From: Gammaproteobacteria bacterium
Lineage (GTDB): Bacteria; Pseudomonadota; Gammaproteobacteria; Chromatiales; Chromatiaceae
Length of the DNA stretch: 64,000 bases
Assembly: GCA_011389885.1 (NCBI GenBank)
Contig: JAABTK010000012.1
Span: 1,371-65,370, forward strand
Reading direction: 5' to 3'
Part shown: positions 58,196 to 64,000 of the stretch, one piece after another
How the letters are laid out: each line of letters opens with the position of its first letter
Numbering within the stretch: the stretch's first letter is position 1
Translations under genes and position numbers: made by a program
Notes under the pieces: model-generated
Told to the model about the DNA's origin: nothing
The model's input: the letters and a program-made list of their open reading frames with translations, nothing else
The model's database searches: none

Positions 58196-58553
58196 GTACA
58201 GCGGCGCCTAAGTATCGGAAACAACCCAGGCGCTTCCAGAACGCAGAGCATGCGGAGAACCGCAGCGGGCGCAGGGAGGCGTTTCGATTGAAAAGATAAG
58301 CGCCGCACCCGACATCCGCCGCTTCAGCGGCGAATTCACTTCGCCGCCCCCCCCGTATGACAGCGGGCTCGAAGCGCAGCCGCCTTGGCCCGGGCGCGTA
58401 ACCAGAAACCCGCACAGCCCGAGGGCTGTACTCCAGGCGGCTAGGCGGCGCTGGCAGCGCGACAACAAGCAAGCACCCCCCCCTCGGCGCGGTCCTCGGT
58501 ACCCTCTGCGTTCCTGAAAGGCGTTGTTTCCGTTATTTGAGCGCAGGCGTACT
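58196..58553. repeat. Foldback MITE-like element, copy 8 (best-preserved, both termini)
   Basis: The left end is GCGGCGCCTAAGTATCGGAAACAACCCAGGCGCTT..AACGCAGAGCATGCGGAGAACCGCAGCGGGCGCAGGGAGGCGTTTCGATT. The right end is ACCCTCTGCGTTCCTGAAAGGCGTTGTTTCCGTTATTTGAGCGCAGGCGTAC. Confidence 0.75.
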
Positions 58554-58593
58554 AGAATAGAGACTACGAAAAACCTCAGCGGGAGCAGCCCCT

Positions 58594-59076
58594 ATGGAAA
58601 AGATCGAAGACATCCTGAAGACCGCTATCGAACATGAGGTGCATGCGGAGATTTTCTATACCAAGGCGGCCGATCTGACGGAAAACGACCAATCGCGGAC
58701 GGTCTTCCAGGACCTCGCCGACGTGGAAGAGGATCATTCCCGCCGCCTGGTGGAGCGTTTCGAAAACTCCCCTCTGATCCGGGGCCTTGACCTAAAGGCG
58801 TTTTTGAACGAAACGGAGGCGGCGATGAAACACCTCCTCACGTTGGACGAGACCCAACTCATCCGTACCGGCGACATGGCCGCGGTGTTGGACTTTGCGA
58901 TCGGGCGCGAAGAGCAGGCTAGGGACAATTACCAGTCCTTGGCCCGCAGCCTGGAAGACGGGGACGATTGCGAGTTCTGCCTCGACCTGGCCAAGGAGGA
59001 GAACCGGCATAGGGAGATCCTCACGCGCCTGCGCCGTTCCCTGGATATGGACCCGGACGAGCGCCCGGACCTTTGA
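58594..59076 (+). CDS. Ferritin-like/rubrerythrin-family diiron protein
   Basis: 160 aa with ExxH pairs (EHEVHAE, EEDHSRRL, REEQARD, EENRH) arranged as a four-helix bundle. Confidence 0.68.
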   Translation: MEKIEDILKTAIEHEVHAEIFYTKAADLTENDQSRTVFQDLADVEEDHSRRLVERFENSPLIRGLDLKAFLNETEAAMKHLLTLDETQLIRTGDMAAVLDFAIGREEQARDNYQSLARSLEDGDDCEFCLDLAKEENRHREILTRLRRSLDMDPDERPDL

Positions 59077-61525
59077 GCACGGCGATGAAGTCTTCGGCCG
59101 GCATGGCCTTGCCTTGCAGATAGCCCTGACCTTGATCGCAGCCGTGTTGCAGCAGAAAGGCCGCCTGACCTTCGGTCTCGATGCCCTCGGCGATGGTTTT
59201 TAAGTGCAGATTTTTACCTAACGCGATAATGGTTTGAATGATCGCCCGATCCCCCGGGTCGCGCTCTAGGTCGGCCACGAAGGACTGGTCGATCTTGAGC
59301 TTGTCCACCGGCAGGGTCTTGAGGTGGCTCAGGGAGGAATAGCCGGTGCCGAAGTCGTCCAACGCCACTTCGACACCCTGCTGCTTGAGGGCCTGAATGA
59401 TCTTCACCACCCGATGGGGGTCGCTCAGGATGACGCTCTCGGTGATTTCGAGTTCCAGGAACCGCCCCTCCACTCCGGTTTTTTCGAGCGCGTTGCGCAC
59501 CATGGCGACCACGCCGCTGCGGCGAAACTGGACCCCGGAGAGGTTAACGGCGATGCGCCCGAAAAAGCCGTGCTCATCGCGCAGGCGGGCGATAAACTCG
59601 CAGGCGTCTTGCAGCACCCATTCGCCGATGGCCGCGATTTGACCCGTGCGCTCGGCCACCGGGATGAAGGTCCCCGGCGACACCATGCTGCCGTCGGGCT
59701 TGATCCAGCGCAGCAGGGCCTCGGCGCCGATCACCTGGCGCGTGGCCAAATCGAACTGGGGCTGGTAATGTACGCACAATAGGCCTTGGTCGAAGGCCCG
59801 GCGCAGGTTGCTTTCCAGCAACAGCTCTTCCAGCACCGAGCTGGTCAGGTCGACCGAATAGGCCTCCCAGCCGTCGCGTCCATTGGCCTTGGCCCGCCCC
59901 ATGGCGGTCTCGGCGTTTTTCAGCAGGGACTCGGCCTTGGCCCCGTCGGCTGGGAAATGGCATAACCCGGCGCTCACCGTCACCACCAATACATTGCCAA
60001 AGCCGCTCACCGGGCTGCGGAATTCCTGCACTAAGGCCTGCGCCAAACGGGCCAGGGCCTGTTTGTCCGCTAAGGTTTCGAGCATTACGCCGAACTCATC
60101 ACCGCCCAAGCGGGCCGCCAACGCGCCCTCCGGAATGGCCGCGGCGACGCGTCGCGCGGCCTCTATCAACAAGCCGTCGCCGACGGCGTGGCCGAGGCTT
60201 TCGTTGATTTGCGAAAACCGGTCCAGGCCGAGGATCAGCAAACCGCCGTTGGTTTCCTGTTGCTCCGCGCGCCTCACCGCCTCGCCCAATTTCTTCCCGA
60301 ACTGCATCCGGTTGGGCAGCCCGGTGAGTGAATCGAAGAATGCCAGTTTGCGAATCCGCTCTTCTGATGCCTTTTCCTTGGTAATATCCGAAAATACGCT
60401 GACGAAATGCACAATGCGGCCCGCTTCGTCCCGCTCGGCCACCACGCTTTGACGGGCCGGAAACAGCCGCCCGTCCTTGCCCTTGTTCCACAGCTCGCCC
60501 TGCCAGAAGCCGTTGCGGCGCACGCTTTCCCAAAGCTCGGCATAGAAGGCCTCGTGGTGCTTGTCCGAGCACAGAATGCGTTGGTTGCGGCCCTCTACGT
60601 CACTGCGTTTGTAACCGGTCATGTCGCCAAAGGCGCGATTGACGTTGACGATGTTGCCCGACACGTCCGAGATCATCATCGCCTCGTTGGCGCTGTCGAA
60701 CATCAACGTCAGGCGCTGAAGCTTGCGCTCTTCCCCCTGTTTGCGGCTGGTGATGTCGCGCTCGATGCAGTGATAGCCGCCAAACCCGCCGCGCCCGTCG
60801 GGGATGCCCACCATGCGCGCGTGCAGCCAATGCCAACCGGCCCCCGGCCGGTGGATGCGGTATTCGATTTCGAAGTGCCGCGCGCCTTGGGGGTGGCGGT
60901 CGAAGAACCGATGCATGCCCTCTAGGTCATCCTCATGCACCAGCCGATGCCAACAGTTGCTGTCCATTTTCAAGCGGGTGGTGGTGATGCCGATGAGGCG
61001 GGTGAAGGCGGGGTTCACCAGGGTCGGCTGGCCGCGCAGATCACGAAAGCAGACCAGGTCATCGACGTTTTGCAAGAAACTCTGCAAGCGCCCATGCGAG
61101 CGACGCAGGTCCTGATTGGCCGTTTCCAGCCGCTTGCGCGCCGCCCGCAGATTGAGGTGGGTCGCCACTCGGGCGACCAGCTCCTGGTAATTGAACGGCT
61201 TGGTGATATAGTCCACCCCGCCCATTTCAAACGCCTTGATGATGCTGTTTTTGTCGCTCTTCGAGGTCAGAAAGATCACTGGCAGGTCCGCGGTGCGGGG
61301 GTCCGCACGCAACCGCTTGCAGACCTCGTAGCCGTCCATGCCCGGCATCACAATGTCGAGCAAGACGAGGTCCTGGGTCTCGCCGAAGGCGATGGTCAGC
61401 GCCGCTGCGCCCGACGCGGCCGCGCTCAGCCGATAACCCTCCCGGCCCAGCACGTTTTCCACCGCCTGGATATTCAACGCGGAGTCGTCCACGATTAGGA
61501 TATTCATCAAGCCCTGCTCGGCCAT
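59021..61525 (-). CDS. Response-regulator receiver :: PAS x2 :: GGDEF :: EAL signalling protein
   Basis: REC (ILIVDD..LLDIVMPGMDG..FLTSK), PAS modules, GGDEFGV and EALLRW..DDFGTGYSS motifs. An AGGTGA Shine-Dalgarno precedes MAEQGL; the start was trimmed from 61786. Confidence 0.87.
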   Translation of the reverse strand: MAEQGLMNILIVDDSALNIQAVENVLGREGYRLSAAASGAAALTIAFGETQDLVLLDIVMPGMDGYEVCKRLRADPRTADLPVIFLTSKSDKNSIIKAFEMGGVDYITKPFNYQELVARVATHLNLRAARKRLETANQDLRRSHGRLQSFLQNVDDLVCFRDLRGQPTLVNPAFTRLIGITTTRLKMDSNCWHRLVHEDDLEGMHRFFDRHPQGARHFEIEYRIHRPGAGWHWLHARMVGIPDGRGGFGGYHCIERDITSRKQGEERKLQRLTLMFDSANEAMMISDVSGNIVNVNRAFGDMTGYKRSDVEGRNQRILCSDKHHEAFYAELWESVRRNGFWQGELWNKGKDGRLFPARQSVVAERDEAGRIVHFVSVFSDITKEKASEERIRKLAFFDSLTGLPNRMQFGKKLGEAVRRAEQQETNGGLLILGLDRFSQINESLGHAVGDGLLIEAARRVAAAIPEGALAARLGGDEFGVMLETLADKQALARLAQALVQEFRSPVSGFGNVLVVTVSAGLCHFPADGAKAESLLKNAETAMGRAKANGRDGWEAYSVDLTSSVLEELLLESNLRRAFDQGLLCVHYQPQFDLATRQVIGAEALLRWIKPDGSMVSPGTFIPVAERTGQIAAIGEWVLQDACEFIARLRDEHGFFGRIAVNLSGVQFRRSGVVAMVRNALEKTGVEGRFLELEITESVILSDPHRVVKIIQALKQQGVEVALDDFGTGYSSLSHLKTLPVDKLKIDQSFVADLERDPGDRAIIQTIIALGKNLHLKTIAEGIETEGQAAFLLQHGCDQGQGYLQGKAMPAEDFIAVLKGPGARPGPYPGNGAGA

Positions 61526-61878
61526 CAAGTCACCTGCGCCTATGGGGATGTTTGCATAGTCTAATCCACCCGGGCGCTTTGGGAGTCGCCAATCCGGCAG
61601 TCGCCGGCCATTCGCCGCATCGGAGGCGGCGCGGTCGGGCGCATCGGCCGCCGGGCGCGGGGCGAATCGCATCGGCGGCGTTTGACAGCCCCCGGGGTCT
61701 GGGGGTGATAATGCCACCCTGAATCCAGGCCCCGTTCGGCGCACCCGATGGCCCGACCGCGAATACCCCTTCACCCCGCTCAACACCGGAATTAACGATG
61801 TTTAAAGACAGCCTTGCCCAAGCCGACCGCCGATGGGCAACCAAGCCCCTGTTCCAAAAAAAGAACCCGCATCGAACA

Positions 61879-62586
61879 TCAAAACTGGCCCTGCTCGCGC
61901 TGGGGTTGGTCCTGCTGCTGGCCCTGGGCCAAATCATCCTCGCCGGCGACTTCCCGTCCCTCGGGCCGTTCCAATAGCTCCTGCAACACCACCCACACAT
62001 TCTCCAGCATCCGCGTTTGCCCCTGCGCATTGGCATGGGTGGCGTCGTCCTGCATCAGCCGCTCGTCGCCCGCGACGCCTGCAAGCAGAAACGGCGTAAA
62101 CGCCAGATCTTGCTGCGCCGCCAATTCGGCATACAGCGCCGCAAAACGCTCGGTGTAAAAGGGCCCCAGGTTGGGCGGGATTTGCATCCCGACCAGCAGC
62201 ACCCGCGCCCCGGCCTCGCGCGCCCTAAGCACCATGGCGGCCAAATTGGCCTGCAACGCATCCAGCGGCAGGCCGCGCAGGCCGTCGTTGGCGCCGAGTT
62301 CCAGGATCAGGATCTCCGGTGCATGGCGGGCCAACAGCTCCGGCAGCCGGTGGCGCCCGCCGCGGCTGGTCTCGCCGCTCACGCTGGCATTCACCACGCG
62401 ATAGGCATACCCTTGATCCTTTAACCGTTGTCGCAACAACTCCACCCAGCCTTGGCGGGTCTCTAGGCCGTAGGCGGCGCTCAGGCTGTCACCCAGCACC
62501 AAAATAGACGGTTGATCCGCGGCGCGCACGGCCGCACCTAAGGTAAGGACCAACAACAGGAACAGACGGGAAGATATAGACCACAT
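61879..62586 (-). CDS. tesA: GDSL arylesterase / acyl-CoA thioesterase I
   Basis: Signal peptide, GDSLS block I, block III GANDG and block V DxxH (DATHAN). It is divergent from ybbA as in E. coli. Confidence 0.87.
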   Translation of the reverse strand: MWSISSRLFLLLVLTLGAAVRAADQPSILVLGDSLSAAYGLETRQGWVELLRQRLKDQGYAYRVVNASVSGETSRGGRHRLPELLARHAPEILILELGANDGLRGLPLDALQANLAAMVLRAREAGARVLLVGMQIPPNLGPFYTERFAALYAELAAQQDLAFTPFLLAGVAGDERLMQDDATHANAQGQTRMLENVWVVLQELLERPEGREVAGEDDLAQGQQQDQPQREQGQF

Positions 62587-63283
62587 GGCTCAGGAACCCT
62601 CGCAAAAGACCCGCCCTATTGTGCGGGCGGAGAATCTCACAAAACAAGTGCCAAGCCCCGAGGGCGAGCTGACCATCCTCGACGACGTGAGTCTGGAGGT
62701 GGCCGCCGGCGAGGCCTTGGCGGTGGTGGGGGCCTCCGGCTCCGGCAAGTCCACCCTGCTCGGCCTGCTGGCCGGGCTGGACCTGCCGAGCAGCGGCCGC
62801 ATCGCCCTCGACGGCACGGACCTGCAGCGCCTAGACGAGGACGGGCGCGCCGCGTTGCGCGCCCGCCTGCTGGGCTTTGTCTTTCAGACCTTCCAACTGC
62901 TGCCCTCGCTGAGCGCGCAGGAGAATGTGATGCTGCCGCTGGAACTCACCAACGCGGCAAACCCTCGCGAGCGCGCCGCGGCCCTGCTGGAGCGGGTGGG
63001 CCTGCACAAGCGGCGGCTGCACCGGCCCAATCAGCTCTCCGGCGGCGAACAGCAGCGGGTGGCCATCGCCCGCGCCTTCGCCACCAATCCCGCCCTGCTG
63101 CTGGCGGACGAGCCCACCGGCAACCTGGACCAACGCACCGGGGCGCAAATCGTGGAGCTGTTGTTCGATCTCAACCATGAAAACGGCACCACCCTGATCC
63201 TGGTCACCCATGACACCGACCTGGCCAGCCACTGCCCGCGCCGCCTGGAGCTGGCCGAGGGCCGCATTCAGGGGGCGTTGTAA
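62585..63283 (+). CDS. ybbA: ABC transporter ATP-binding protein YbbA
   Basis: 232 aa with Walker A GASGSGKST, LSGGEQQR signature and Walker B LLLADEPT. Confidence 0.9.
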   Translation: MAQEPSQKTRPIVRAENLTKQVPSPEGELTILDDVSLEVAAGEALAVVGASGSGKSTLLGLLAGLDLPSSGRIALDGTDLQRLDEDGRAALRARLLGFVFQTFQLLPSLSAQENVMLPLELTNAANPRERAAALLERVGLHKRRLHRPNQLSGGEQQRVAIARAFATNPALLLADEPTGNLDQRTGAQIVELLFDLNHENGTTLILVTHDTDLASHCPRRLELAEGRIQGAL

Positions 63284-63284
63284 T

Positions 63285-64000
63285 ATGCTCGCCTTCGCCC
63301 TGCGCTCCCTGTGGCGCGAGCTGCGCTCCGGCGAGTTAAAGGTCCTACTGTGGGGCCTGATCGTGGGGGTGGCGGCCTTCGCCTCCGTGGGCCTGTTCAC
63401 CGACCGCATCCGCCTGGCCATGGAACAGCAGGCCAGCGAAATGCTGGCCGCCGATCTGGTGCTGGAGGCCCGCTCGCCCTTCCCCGAGGCCTGGCGCGCC
63501 GAGGCCGAGGGGCGCGGCTTGAGCACCACCCGATTGCAGGAATTCCGCTCGGTGGTGATGGGTGACGAGCGCCTTCAGCTCACCGAAATCAAGGCCTTGG
63601 CGCCGGGCTATCCGCTGCGCGGCGAGCTGCGCATCGGCGCCGACCCCTTCGGCGCCGGCGCACGCGCGCAGGGTCCGCCGCCGCGGGGCGAGGTTTGGGT
63701 GGAGCATCGGCTGCTGCAACGGCTGGGGCTGGCGCTGGGCGACTCGGTGCAGGTGGGCCAGTCGCAGATGTCCCTCTCCGGGCTGATTCGGTTCGAGCCC
63801 GACCGCGGCGGCAATTTCTTTAATATCGCGCCGCGGGTGATGATGAACAGCGCCGACCTGGAGGCCACCGGACTGATCGGCGTGGGCAGTCGGGTCGAAT
63901 ACCGGCTGCTGCTGGCCGGCGAGCGGGCGGCGATTAACGCCTTCCGCGATTGGATTCAACCCAAGCTGCGTCAGGGCGATCAACTACTCGGGCGCCAAGA
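63285..64000 (+). CDS. ybbP: ABC transporter permease YbbP (FtsX-like), N-terminal part; runs off the window end
   Basis: The ATG lies 2 nt after the ybbA stop and the frame is open to base 64000 (MLAFALRSLWRELRSGELKVLLWGLIVGVAAF...). It is not in the ORF track because no stop lies in the window. Confidence 0.8.
   Translation, partial: MLAFALRSLWRELRSGELKVLLWGLIVGVAAFASVGLFTDRIRLAMEQQASEMLAADLVLEARSPFPEAWRAEAEGRGLSTTRLQEFRSVVMGDERLQLTEIKALAPGYPLRGELRIGADPFGAGARAQGPPPRGEVWVEHRLLQRLGLALGDSVQVGQSQMSLSGLIRFEPDRGGNFFNIAPRVMMNSADLEATGLIGVGSRVEYRLLLAGERAAINAFRDWIQPKLRQGDQLLGRQ

Overview
This is a 64-kb, high-G+C (well above 60% by eye) chromosomal window that is mostly conserved core genome. The synteny blocks and a sigma54/NifA-type nifUS promoter suggest a diazotrophic gammaproteobacterium, possibly Chromatiales/Ectothiorhodospira-like; that taxon call is inference only.

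Recognisable blocks, in order:
- 3' end of a PglZ (BREX-type defence) gene.
- apbC <> metG.
- rnfABCDGE.
- pnp-rpsO-truB-rbfA-infB-nusA-rimP-tRNA(fMet), all on the minus strand.
- RhdA-type rhodanese and an orphan msrQ.
- nifU-nifS.
- tatD-pilZ-holB preceded by acyP, a short membrane-fusion protein, tolC and a thioredoxin-like gene.
- yihY, wrbA, hda.
- A REP-associated tyrosine transposase (RAYT) bracketed by REP clusters.
- pgsA-like, DUF2066 <> purM-purN-DUF3108.
- A PLD-VTT fusion plus an EEP-family phosphodiesterase.
- arsR, a GltS-like FMN protein and an OMP-like protein.
- An SDR-glycosyltransferase-(voltage-sensor-domain::adenylate cyclase) operon.
- A PTR1-like reductase and an HPPK-like gene.
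- An A-type Fe-S carrier, a CZB protein, DUF4197, a ferritin-like protein and a REC-PAS-GGDEF-EAL protein.
- tesA <> ybbA-ybbP.

I do not see a clear, complete multi-gene novel system inside the window. The most unusual content is non-coding:
- A modular foldback (MITE-like) repeat family with at least 8 copies, almost always placed right after stop codons.
- Two tandem arrays nested in one copy: 12 x 10 bp, and 8 x 33/34 bp hairpin units.
- A RAYT locus with 176-bp direct REP clusters on both sides.
- An AT-rich islet with a Shine-Dalgarno-led 32-codon ORF between two paralogous about 90-bp repeats.
- A three-box DnaA cluster beside the initiator-tRNA promoter.

The best protein-level curiosities are the pore-less voltage-sensor::class III cyclase fusion, the pump-less Trx-TolC-MFP operon, and the PLD-VTT/EEP pair.

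All product calls rest on motif and synteny recognition by eye; no searches were run. Hand-located coordinates (repeats, RNA, sites) may be off by 1-3 bp.
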